A stretch of 64,000 bases of DNA from Myxococcota bacterium (lineage in GTDB: Bacteria > Myxococcota_A > Polyangia > Polyangiales > Houyiibacteriaceae): positions 24,033-88,032 of the forward strand of contig JBCCEA010000018.1 of NCBI GenBank assembly GCA_039030515.1, read 5' to 3'. This document shows positions 53,339 through 61,680 of this stretch, one piece after another. The position numbers were made by a program, and so were the translations under genes. The notes beneath the pieces are model-generated. The model saw nothing but the letters and a program-made list of their open reading frames with translations, was not told where the DNA came from and made no database searches. Within the stretch, counting starts at the first letter, position 1, and each line of letters begins with the position of its first letter.

Positions 53339-54404
53339 CTACTACCTCATCCTCACGATAGATCACTGCGGCTTGACCCTTGGTGACTGCATGTTGCGGT
53401 TCGGCAAACTCTACCGAAAACGTTCGGTGATGTGGTCGAATCCGAGCCTTCGCCGGTTTGTGTCGATATCGGATTCGCACCTCCGCATCGAATTCCGACT
53501 CGGGCGGAGTGAGGACCCATGAGGCCTCTGCAGCGATAAGCGCGCTCTCTTTGAGAGACTCGGCGCTGCCGACTACAAGACGTCGCTCCTCCGGTACGAT
53601 CTTCAACACATAGCGGGCCGGTCCTCCTCCAAGGCCGAGACCCTTTCTCTGACCCACGGTAAAGCCTACGATCCCGTCGTGATCGCCCAAGACCGTGCCG
53701 TCTTCGTCCTCGATGTGTCCAGACCGCACGGCATCTGGGCGTTTCGACTTGATGAAACCGGCGACATCCCCGTCCGGGATGAAGCACAGCTCTTGAGAAT
53801 CCGGCTTGTCCGCATTGGGGATTCCCAGCCGTCTGCCGTGAGCGCGTGTTTCGTTTTTGGTCATCGAACCCAAAGGAAAGATCATGCGCTCCAACACCTG
53901 CTGCGGTACGCCAAATAGAAAGTAGCTCTGGTCCTTGGTTTGATCCCTTCCCTTAAGCAGGCGCGTCCCTTCGGGGCTGGGCCGTAACCTGACATAGTGC
54001 CCGGTCGCGACATGGCTGGCGCCAAATCGTTCGGCCAAGCTCAGGAGGTACGTCAGCTTAACTGTACGGTTGCAGTGAACACAGGGACTCGGCGTAGCTC
54101 CCGCCAGATACCCATCGATCAAGGGGCGAACGACTTCTTGCTCGAACGCCTCCCGCTTGTCGATCACGTAGTGGGGAATGCCTAGGTACTCGCTGACCCG
54201 AGACGCATCTTCTCGATCCTCTGGTGCGCAGCAACGTCCGACCTGTTCCGAAGGGCCAGCGTCCCAGAGGTGGAGGGTGACGCCGATCAAGTCGTGTCCC
54301 TGCTCCTTGAGCAAAGCCGCGGCCACCGCGGAATCGACTCCACCACTCATTGCGACGAGAATCCGTTTTGGTTCTCCATGCTCGGATTGCATTGGAACGC
54401 TCAC
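53319..54404 (-). CDS. mnmA: tRNA U34 2-thiouridylase MnmA
   Basis: SGGVDS PP-loop, GRCC, PCVHCN, ATGHY, KDQSYFL, SQELCF. Confidence 0.97.
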   Translation of the reverse strand: MSVPMQSEHGEPKRILVAMSGGVDSAVAAALLKEQGHDLIGVTLHLWDAGPSEQVGRCCAPEDREDASRVSEYLGIPHYVIDKREAFEQEVVRPLIDGYLAGATPSPCVHCNRTVKLTYLLSLAERFGASHVATGHYVRLRPSPEGTRLLKGRDQTKDQSYFLFGVPQQVLERMIFPLGSMTKNETRAHGRRLGIPNADKPDSQELCFIPDGDVAGFIKSKRPDAVRSGHIEDEDGTVLGDHDGIVGFTVGQRKGLGLGGGPARYVLKIVPEERRLVVGSAESLKESALIAAEASWVLTPPESEFDAEVRIRYRHKPAKARIRPHHRTFSVEFAEPQHAVTKGQAAVIYREDEVVGGGFIQ

Positions 54405-54434
54405 GTGCGGAATAGATCCGCTAGTGCGAGTACG

Positions 54435-55550
54435 CTAGCGTGCCCGCGCGGACTGCGAAGGTTGAATCATAAACCGCTGCAGGACAAGTGCCAGCTTGTC
54501 CACTGCACGGCTGATCATCTCGTCAGTGGTCTCCGGTCCAAAACTGAATCGAAGGGCGCCTCGAGCACGCCATGGTTCAGCAGGATACATAGCCTTCAAG
54601 ACCGGGGACTCCGACTGCAGTCCGCTGGAACATGCGGCGCCGCTCGAAACGCAAACTTCCTCCAGATCGAGTGCCGCCACGAGCTCTTCGCCCTTCAGAT
54701 GACGAAAACTCGCGTTGACCACCGTGCCCACCCGCGGGCCTTCGACGCCGTTGAGCACGGCCCCCAGCTCGACCAGCGACCTTTCGAGCTGATCTCGGAG
54801 TCTTGTGATTCGCGCCATCGAAGCGCGTCGAGCACTGAGCTGGCAACAGGCTTCGCCGAATCCGGCGAGTAGCGCCACATTTGGGGTTCCCGGACGACGC
54901 CCCCGCTCCTGTCCCCCACCCTGAAGCAAAGGCGCGATCGCCCCACGAATCAAGAGCGCTCCGACTCCAGCGGGACCCCCTATTTTTTGCGAAGCGATGG
55001 CCAAGGCGTCTGCGCCGATCTCGTCGAATTGAACAGGTATTTTGCCGGCAGCCTGTGTGGCGTCCACGAACACTCGAGCTCCATCTCGTTTGGCCTGACA
55101 AGCCCATCGCGCTACCGGAAAGAGGGTTCCCGTCTCATGATTGACCCACTGAACGGCCAAAAGCTCATCGGTCGCGAGGCGAGGAAGCTGCACGTCAAAC
55201 GATTCAGACCACGGTATCTGACGTCGATCGGTGAAGGTTTGAGAAGGCTCGTGCACTGCGGGATGCTCCACGCTGGTAGTCATCACGCCTCGGCGGGTGC
55301 CTACCGGAAGCAGCCCCCGTATCGCTAGGTTGCATGCTTCGGTTCCCCCGGAGGTGAACACAACGCTTTTTGGGGAGACGCCGAACGCTTCTCCAACTTC
55401 CCGTCGAGCCCGTTCGAGGATCGCTCTTGCGGCACGACCCGCTCCATGCACGCTTGAAGGGTTGGCCCAAGCGGTCGCACCGACATCGTCCATTCTGGCG
55501 CGCACACTCGCGTTCAAGGGTGACGCAGCGTGATGGTCTAGGTAGATCAT
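54435..55550 (-). CDS. iscS: Cysteine desulfurase (IscS/NifS group I)
   Basis: IYLDH, NPSSVH, FTSGGTE, NHETG, SQKIGGP (PLP Lys), SGAACSS (catalytic Cys). Confidence 0.9.
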   Translation of the reverse strand: MIYLDHHAASPLNASVRARMDDVGATAWANPSSVHGAGRAARAILERARREVGEAFGVSPKSVVFTSGGTEACNLAIRGLLPVGTRRGVMTTSVEHPAVHEPSQTFTDRRQIPWSESFDVQLPRLATDELLAVQWVNHETGTLFPVARWACQAKRDGARVFVDATQAAGKIPVQFDEIGADALAIASQKIGGPAGVGALLIRGAIAPLLQGGGQERGRRPGTPNVALLAGFGEACCQLSARRASMARITRLRDQLERSLVELGAVLNGVEGPRVGTVVNASFRHLKGEELVAALDLEEVCVSSGAACSSGLQSESPVLKAMYPAEPWRARGALRFSFGPETTDEMISRAVDKLALVLQRFMIQPSQSARAR

Positions 55551-56797
55551 CGGGTTCGGTCGGCTCGATCGTTCTTTCGGCTGGGATGCACACTGGCCGC
55601 TTCGATCCGAACTCGCAATCGGACGAGGGTTCCAGAAAGGGCCGCGCCCGAGACCATTTTTGTTGGAGGGCTCTCAATATCGACGCCGCCGCCCATCGCT
55701 TCGGTGACCTGACTAGCGAACGCTAAGCCCAGTCCAACCCCGCCAAACTCGCGGGTAATAGAGCCGTCCACTTGGTAAAAGGGCTCGAGAATTCGTTCAG
55801 ACTGTTCTTTCGGAACTCCCGGACCGCTGTCCGCGACAACGAATGCAAATTGAGAGGGAGATACGTCGAGTCGCTCCACATCCACCGCAACAGTCCCTTC
55901 TCTAGGCGTGAACTTTGCGGCGTTTTCGAGTACGAGGACCATCGCTCGTCGAAGCTTGTCGGGGTCGCCCGTCCCTAGAAAGTCTCCTTGCCGCTGAGGG
56001 TGAAGCACTTGAAGCGATTTCTGATTGAAATGAGTCTGGGTTTCTTCCAGCGCGCGACCGGCGACCTCAAAGAAATCGTATTCACGAGCGTAAAAATGCA
56101 TGCGCCCCGTTTCGAGAGAGCTTACGTCGAGCAGAGTGTCGACAAGTCCACGCAGGCGCTGTGTGGACGACTGGATCGAAACCAAGCATTTTCTCTGCAG
56201 GGGACTCAGCGGACCGAGCTCTTCGTTGAGCAAGAGCCGGAGATACCCGACTACGGGCGTCATCGGGGTTGCGAGCTCGTGACTTACATTCTGAAGGAAC
56301 TCCCTTCGTAGCCGCATCATTTCCTCGAGCCGTTCATTTGCCGACTCGAGTTCGACCACCTTTTTTTCAAGTCGGTGAACGATCTTCTGCGAACGTTCTC
56401 GGAGACGCAATTCACCGCTGTCGCCGTGGCTCTGCTCTCGGTGTCCCCGGAGAAAGCGATCGATCGTTCGCGCGAAACGACTCGCATCGATCGGTTTCTG
56501 GATGAAACCATCCGCGCCAACCGCAAGGCTTGTTTCCCGATCTCCTTCCGCTGTGATCGCCACAATGGGAACCCCGTCCAGATCGGAAATGCCTCGCAGT
56601 CTGAGGGTGACCTCGTAGCCATCAAGGTCAGGTACGTTGATGTCCACCAGAATCAGGTCCGGATGTTCGCAGGCGGCCATGCGGATGCCCTCGAGCCCCG
56701 TCTCCGCGTCGACTACATGATGCCCCGCCACCCCAAGGAGCTTCTGCACAAGCCGCCTGTTCTTCGGATCATCTTCGATGTGAAGGACTCTCGCCAT
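55547..56797 (-). CDS. Cytoplasmic hybrid response regulator/histidine kinase (REC-HisKA-HATPase)
   Basis: REC (IEDD, LVD, KP), H-box SHELATP, N-box ENAAKF, DSGPG, GVGLGL; no TM or sensor domain. Confidence 0.92.
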   Translation of the reverse strand: MARVLHIEDDPKNRRLVQKLLGVAGHHVVDAETGLEGIRMAACEHPDLILVDINVPDLDGYEVTLRLRGISDLDGVPIVAITAEGDRETSLAVGADGFIQKPIDASRFARTIDRFLRGHREQSHGDSGELRLRERSQKIVHRLEKKVVELESANERLEEMMRLRREFLQNVSHELATPMTPVVGYLRLLLNEELGPLSPLQRKCLVSIQSSTQRLRGLVDTLLDVSSLETGRMHFYAREYDFFEVAGRALEETQTHFNQKSLQVLHPQRQGDFLGTGDPDKLRRAMVLVLENAAKFTPREGTVAVDVERLDVSPSQFAFVVADSGPGVPKEQSERILEPFYQVDGSITREFGGVGLGLAFASQVTEAMGGGVDIESPPTKMVSGAALSGTLVRLRVRIEAASVHPSRKNDRADRTR

Positions 56798-56874
56798 GCC
56801 TTGGTCATCATAGACTGAAGTGACCGAAATGCGCATCCATAGCGAATCTGAGTCCCTTTTGACGCTCGCTAAGT

Positions 56875-58986
56875 TCAGTCGTCGTCGGAAACAGTTTCGA
56901 TCTCCAGATCTGAGTCTTCCTGGAGGTTCGACATGTCCTCTTGATCATCGGATGAATCATCGAGAATCTGCTCGTCGTCGCCGTCGTCGTACGGTTCGAC
57001 ACCGCCGCGTGGCTCGGCATCGTTGTCCTTCGTCTCGGCTTCATCCTCGAGAGACGAACGTTCGGCAGGTTGACTCGAATCCGTGTCCATTTTGGTGAGG
57101 CGGTCCCTCGAGCGAGTTCCACTCTTTGAGCGCGGTCTGCCTCTGGAACCGCTTCTTGTCTTCGAACGCCCCCCAGAGGAGAGTTCAGTGTCGTCCGAAG
57201 TGGCTGTCGACGTTTCTGAGTCAGCAGCGTTTTCCAAGCCATCGGGCATCTCAGAATCGTCAGAGCTTGACGCCGGATCTTCCTCGTCTGATCCAACCGG
57301 CGCGGATGGATCATCACGCCTTCTCCTTCTACGACGACGCCCATCTTCGCCCTCTGCGGCAGAACGATCGGTATCGTTTCGCGAACGGCGATCGGGCTTT
57401 GCCTCCGGCTTCAACTCGGCACCGAGACCTTCCAATAGATCCAAGTCAAGTCCAGCAATGGGGACCAAGTGACGACGAATACCTACTCCCGACTCTTCCA
57501 TCGAGGTGGCGAGCGCCATGCCGTCGAAAAGAGTGATCACTCCTGTTTGCCCGCCGACCGCCTCTTCTCGGGCGCCGGAAAGCACTTGTCCTGTCGTGAC
57601 GATCCACGCCGCTTTGGCATTACCGTAATGGTGCAACGCTCCTCGTGCATCGATGATGTGCTCTCGGCCGATGCTGCCACCGTTTCGAACAACAACGATG
57701 GCAAGGGCGATCTCTTCAGGTCCTCGACAGAGGGTTCCTGCGAGGTGAAAATCGGACCCTGAACTCGGTCTGCGAACGCCTCGAAGTCCAGTCACGCCAA
57801 GCCGATTGAGCCAAACAGCCAGCAATTCCATAAACCCGGTTGCCGGCATTGCCGCGATGGTGCGCACAAAAGAACGGCGAATTTGGCTGCGCTGTCGGTG
57901 TGCAGATCGCCAAACGTCTCCTTCGGCACGCAAGGCATCCCCCGGGTGTAGCCAGTCAGAGAGATGAACCTGACCCTCTAGAACACGGAACCGCGGTCTC
58001 AGTTGCCCCGCCTCAGAGCGGGCGATATCGCCTCGAACTGCCGCAGCTATCGTCGGAACAAGCGCATCTGCAGATCCCGCGAGTCGCCCGCGACGAACGA
58101 GTTGATCGGCGAGCCAAGTGTACCCTCGCGGCTTTTGATTGCTGCCCTTGAGCAATTGAAAGACGGCATCTGAAAGATCGGCTCCTGCCACGTCGCCCTC
58201 GTCGGGGACGTGATTCCAGTCTCCAGAGGCGTGCTCCGATTCTGCAGGCCGTGAAGAATCCCGGCGTAGGTCGCGTCGGGTACCGCGACCTCCCTCTCGG
58301 CGGGTGTTCGATGCGCTGCGAGTGTCCCGACGGGCAGGTTCGCTGCGACTGGACTGCGCATCCTCGTCTACGTGCGTGTCCAGCGACTCCTCGTCACTTC
58401 GTCGCCTTCTTCTCCGTCGACGCTTGCGCTTGCGCCCTGCATCACCGTCCTCTGAACCCGACTCATTGAGCTTGGCGAGGATCAAGTCATCGTCATCGTC
58501 TTCCTCTGGAAAGAGATCGGCCCCTGGAACTTGCCTTTGCGGTTTTGATTCCGATGTCTCCGCCATTGGGGATGCAGGAAGTGAAACTTCCGGCGAGGAA
58601 TTGCCGGTAAAAGAAGAAGTCTCCGGCGCTGAACTATCCGCTTTCGACTTGGTTGAAGCAGGCTCGACTTGTCCCTTGTCACCACCCACGGCCGTAGGAT
58701 TCAAGTCGGCGGGAGGGAGGGCATACTCGAGGCTCGATTCTACATTTTGCAGAACCTCACTGTCGAATTCCCTCAAGCCAAACACGCCCGGTTTGACCTT
58801 GACGATGGGCGCCTCGCCGACGTCCTTTTTGACCATGGTGGCCAATCGAGAACTCATCGTAATTTCAGGAGTTTTCCCCACGTGGGACAGCAGATTGCGC
58901 TCGATAGCGATCTCGGTGATTTTTTTGTAGTGCAGCGGTCGCTGAGCGAGCTTGAGCACTTCCACCGCGGCTTCGGTGAACGTCAT
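56875..58986 (-). CDS. HARE-HTH protein with Mrr-like domain and long charged disordered regions
   Basis: MTFTEAAVEVL...PLHYKKITEIAIERNLL...GKTPEITMSSRL; Mrr-like segment FMELL...IGREHIIDARGAL...IVTTG...AREEA. Confidence 0.8.
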   Translation of the reverse strand: MTFTEAAVEVLKLAQRPLHYKKITEIAIERNLLSHVGKTPEITMSSRLATMVKKDVGEAPIVKVKPGVFGLREFDSEVLQNVESSLEYALPPADLNPTAVGGDKGQVEPASTKSKADSSAPETSSFTGNSSPEVSLPASPMAETSESKPQRQVPGADLFPEEDDDDDLILAKLNESGSEDGDAGRKRKRRRRRRRRSDEESLDTHVDEDAQSSRSEPARRDTRSASNTRREGGRGTRRDLRRDSSRPAESEHASGDWNHVPDEGDVAGADLSDAVFQLLKGSNQKPRGYTWLADQLVRRGRLAGSADALVPTIAAAVRGDIARSEAGQLRPRFRVLEGQVHLSDWLHPGDALRAEGDVWRSAHRQRSQIRRSFVRTIAAMPATGFMELLAVWLNRLGVTGLRGVRRPSSGSDFHLAGTLCRGPEEIALAIVVVRNGGSIGREHIIDARGALHHYGNAKAAWIVTTGQVLSGAREEAVGGQTGVITLFDGMALATSMEESGVGIRRHLVPIAGLDLDLLEGLGAELKPEAKPDRRSRNDTDRSAAEGEDGRRRRRRRRDDPSAPVGSDEEDPASSSDDSEMPDGLENAADSETSTATSDDTELSSGGRSKTRSGSRGRPRSKSGTRSRDRLTKMDTDSSQPAERSSLEDEAETKDNDAEPRGGVEPYDDGDDEQILDDSSDDQEDMSNLQEDSDLEIETVSDDD

Positions 58987-59370
58987 CGTTTAATTTCCTT
59001 GCGGGCCATCGGGCTTTGACTGCACTCATGTTCCGATCGATGTATCGACGGGGCTTCCACTCGCTCGTATTCCCGGTGACGGGGACTCGTTTGGTGTGGA
59101 CTCGTTTAAAAAGTGGCCTCGGTCGCATCGGTTGAGCGCGAGTTCTGTTCGGCGCGATAGCAAAAAGGTTGTTTGTAGGGCGCCCCAGACCGTTCCGGCG
59201 CTCCCGTGAGGTGGGTTGGTACCATCCTCACAGATTCAACGCAACGTCGGGGAGCTCCCGTTTGAACGCCAAGCGTCAGCGACACAAGTACATTGATCTC
59301 GACCACACCACGTGCCACGTCGAGCCCGTCGCCTAAGGTCGATCGCCCCCTCAGGGCAGGAGAATATCCA

Positions 59371-60348
59371 ATGCTCGAATTGTTGGGCAAGGCAGTGGTT
59401 CTAAGCGTCGCGATTGCGCTACTACTCACCAGCCCCTGCGTGGACACGGGATCCTCTGGCTCGAACAAGCGCACCACAGATCCCAGTTCAGCAGATAGCC
59501 CGAGTTCGACTGCAGGAACTGCGTCGGCTCCGGCTAACCCCGCACCCAGATCTCCGGAGGGGTCGTCCCTGGCCGGTTTTGAGGAAGTTGCGGTCGCCGG
59601 TACTACATCCGATGCCGAATCAGAGTCTCACGGCGGATTCGACATTCGCCTTGTTCGAGTGCAGCCGGGTCCACACGTAGGATCCAACAAACTTTGTGAC
59701 ATCAGTTTCGCGGGTCGACCCTCGGCCATCGAGGGTCGTGAAGTCAGACGGTATCAGAGAAACGCGACCCACAGAATGAGTGTGAAATGCTGGGCACCCA
59801 CCGGCGCGGGATGGGCTGATCTCGTCTTCGATCGGCCTACGGTCCCGAGCACGCACCACATCAACCGCGGTACACGAATCCGGGTCGAAATCATCTCCCC
59901 TGATGGTGGTTTCGCGGAGTATCCCATCGTCAAGTTTATTGAAATTGTTGGGAAAAGTCCGGTTCCCAGTAAAAACAACGCGCTCTTCACCATCGTCGAT
60001 CCCGCGTTCGATTTTCGTTATCTTCGTCACAACAACGGTTTGGTTGGCTCTAGTCAAACCTGCGGAGTGGCCTTTGCTGGAAGCATCGACAGGATCGAAG
60101 ATTCGATTCGTCGACGCCGTAACTACCCGTCCACTGCACAGAACCGCATGATCCTCAAATGCAAGCACGCTCAGGGGGAAGAATGGGTCGACCTTATTTT
60201 CACCGTGCAAACGTCTATGAGTGCATTAGCGATACGCAGAGGCGTTCAGGTCGTCGTCGAAGTGATAAGCAAAGACGGAGGGTTTGCGGATTATCCCGTG
60301 GTTCGATTAACGCCCTCCTCAGAAATTTCCGGATCCGCGGACGGCTAA
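59371..60348 (+). CDS. Secreted hypothetical protein with two tandem homologous domains
   Basis: AGGAG RBS, signal-like N-terminus, S/P/A linker, two ~85-aa repeats ending DGGFA(E/D)YP(I/V)V. Confidence 0.72.
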   Translation: MLELLGKAVVLSVAIALLLTSPCVDTGSSGSNKRTTDPSSADSPSSTAGTASAPANPAPRSPEGSSLAGFEEVAVAGTTSDAESESHGGFDIRLVRVQPGPHVGSNKLCDISFAGRPSAIEGREVRRYQRNATHRMSVKCWAPTGAGWADLVFDRPTVPSTHHINRGTRIRVEIISPDGGFAEYPIVKFIEIVGKSPVPSKNNALFTIVDPAFDFRYLRHNNGLVGSSQTCGVAFAGSIDRIEDSIRRRRNYPSTAQNRMILKCKHAQGEEWVDLIFTVQTSMSALAIRRGVQVVVEVISKDGGFADYPVVRLTPSSEISGSADG

Positions 60349-60638
60349 GGATCAAGTGGTCGATACCCTCCCCTCTTCCGACTTTTGCAAACGCACTCGT
60401 TTTGGAGCTATTCGGTCGAGAGCTCGGAGCATTGACTTCCACCACTCAACCTTCTACGCAGGGGCGGACTGCGACCTATCTCTGCTTTCTTGACCGAAGC
60501 CGTGTCTATAGGGCATCCACAGTATGTGTCTGTGGGGACGCGATCAGAACCACACAGGCGTGGCTAAGAGTCTGAAATCCGTCAGTGCTAGTGCCTGGTT
60601 CGGTTTTCGCACGGAGCCTCAGATGGAGGAGAACAGCG

Positions 60639-61631
60639 ATGAAGGATAAGCGCGTCGGAGTGTTGATGGGTGGACTCAGTGCAGAGCGAGAAGTATCGCT
60701 TGCGACCGGAGAGTCCGTCTACAAGGCGCTCAGTTCCCGGGGATATCGCGTTACCAGAGTCTACGTCGATAGCGATATCGATAGAGTTCTCCGTCAAAAC
60801 CCGATCGATGTCGCTTTTATAGCGCTACATGGAACGTACGGAGAAGACGGCTGCATTCAGGGGTTACTCGAACTTATGGGTATTCCCTATACGGGCTCCG
60901 GCGTTCTTGCGAGCGCGATGGCGATGGACAAGCAAAAGTCCAAGGAACTGTTCCGACTCTACAATGTGCCGACGCCTCCCTATTACACCGTGGAGCCAGG
61001 TAATTTTGAACGCCTAGAAGAACTTCACGGCTCTTTTGGATATCCAGTCTTTGTAAAGCCGCGCTGCGGCGGTTCCAGTGTTGGATGCGGCAAAGCCACT
61101 GATCCTGCAGCGCTACTCGCACTGTGCGAACAAGCCGCTGCGTTCGACACCTCGGTGCTCGTCGAGCGTTATATACAAGGACACGAAATCGAGGTTGGCC
61201 TGCTTGACGGCAAAGCGCTTGGCGCGATCGAGATCGTCCCCGACGCAAGCTTCTACGACTACCGCAGCAAATACCAACCAGGTGCGAGTACGTACCATTT
61301 TCCTGCACGGCTGAGTCCCACTCGCTACAAAGGAGTTCTCAACTTGGCAGAACGTGCGGTTCAATGCGTTCAAGCAACCGGGGCCGCGAGAGTGGATCTG
61401 CTCGTGACCGAGGGTGAAAATGAATACGTGTTGGAAGTAAATACCCTGCCGGGACTGACTCCCAACTCTTTGTTGCCGAAAATTGCCCGAGGTGCAGGTT
61501 ATAGTTTTGAAGATCTTTGCGAGGCTATTCTAGAACGCAGCATGCACGAAGCACGAACTGGAGTGCCCTGCGATGTCCCGGAACGAACTTTACACGCTGC
61601 AGAACATCGAAAGATGGCCCCCCTCGTTTGA
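60639..61631 (+). CDS. ddl: D-alanine--D-alanine ligase
   Basis: GGLSAEREVS, LHGTYGEDG, MDK, GSSVG, FYDYRSKY, EVNTLPG; GGAGG RBS. Confidence 0.96.
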   Translation: MKDKRVGVLMGGLSAEREVSLATGESVYKALSSRGYRVTRVYVDSDIDRVLRQNPIDVAFIALHGTYGEDGCIQGLLELMGIPYTGSGVLASAMAMDKQKSKELFRLYNVPTPPYYTVEPGNFERLEELHGSFGYPVFVKPRCGGSSVGCGKATDPAALLALCEQAAAFDTSVLVERYIQGHEIEVGLLDGKALGAIEIVPDASFYDYRSKYQPGASTYHFPARLSPTRYKGVLNLAERAVQCVQATGAARVDLLVTEGENEYVLEVNTLPGLTPNSLLPKIARGAGYSFEDLCEAILERSMHEARTGVPCDVPERTLHAAEHRKMAPLV

Positions 61632-61680
61632 TTGGAACGTGAAAGAAGCCGTGATGCCCGCTTCGGCCAATGGAATCGAT

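Noticed and set aside
58987..59370. ncRNA or tRNA in the divergent intergenic region
   Set aside because: Only one modest hairpin (gtgagg...cctcac) and a short repeat; no cloverleaf or recognisable family motif
61249..61275. Van-type D-Ala-D-Lac ligase
   Set aside because: Omega loop FYDYRSKY keeps the Tyr typical of D-Ala-D-Ala ligases; no vanH or vanX nearby
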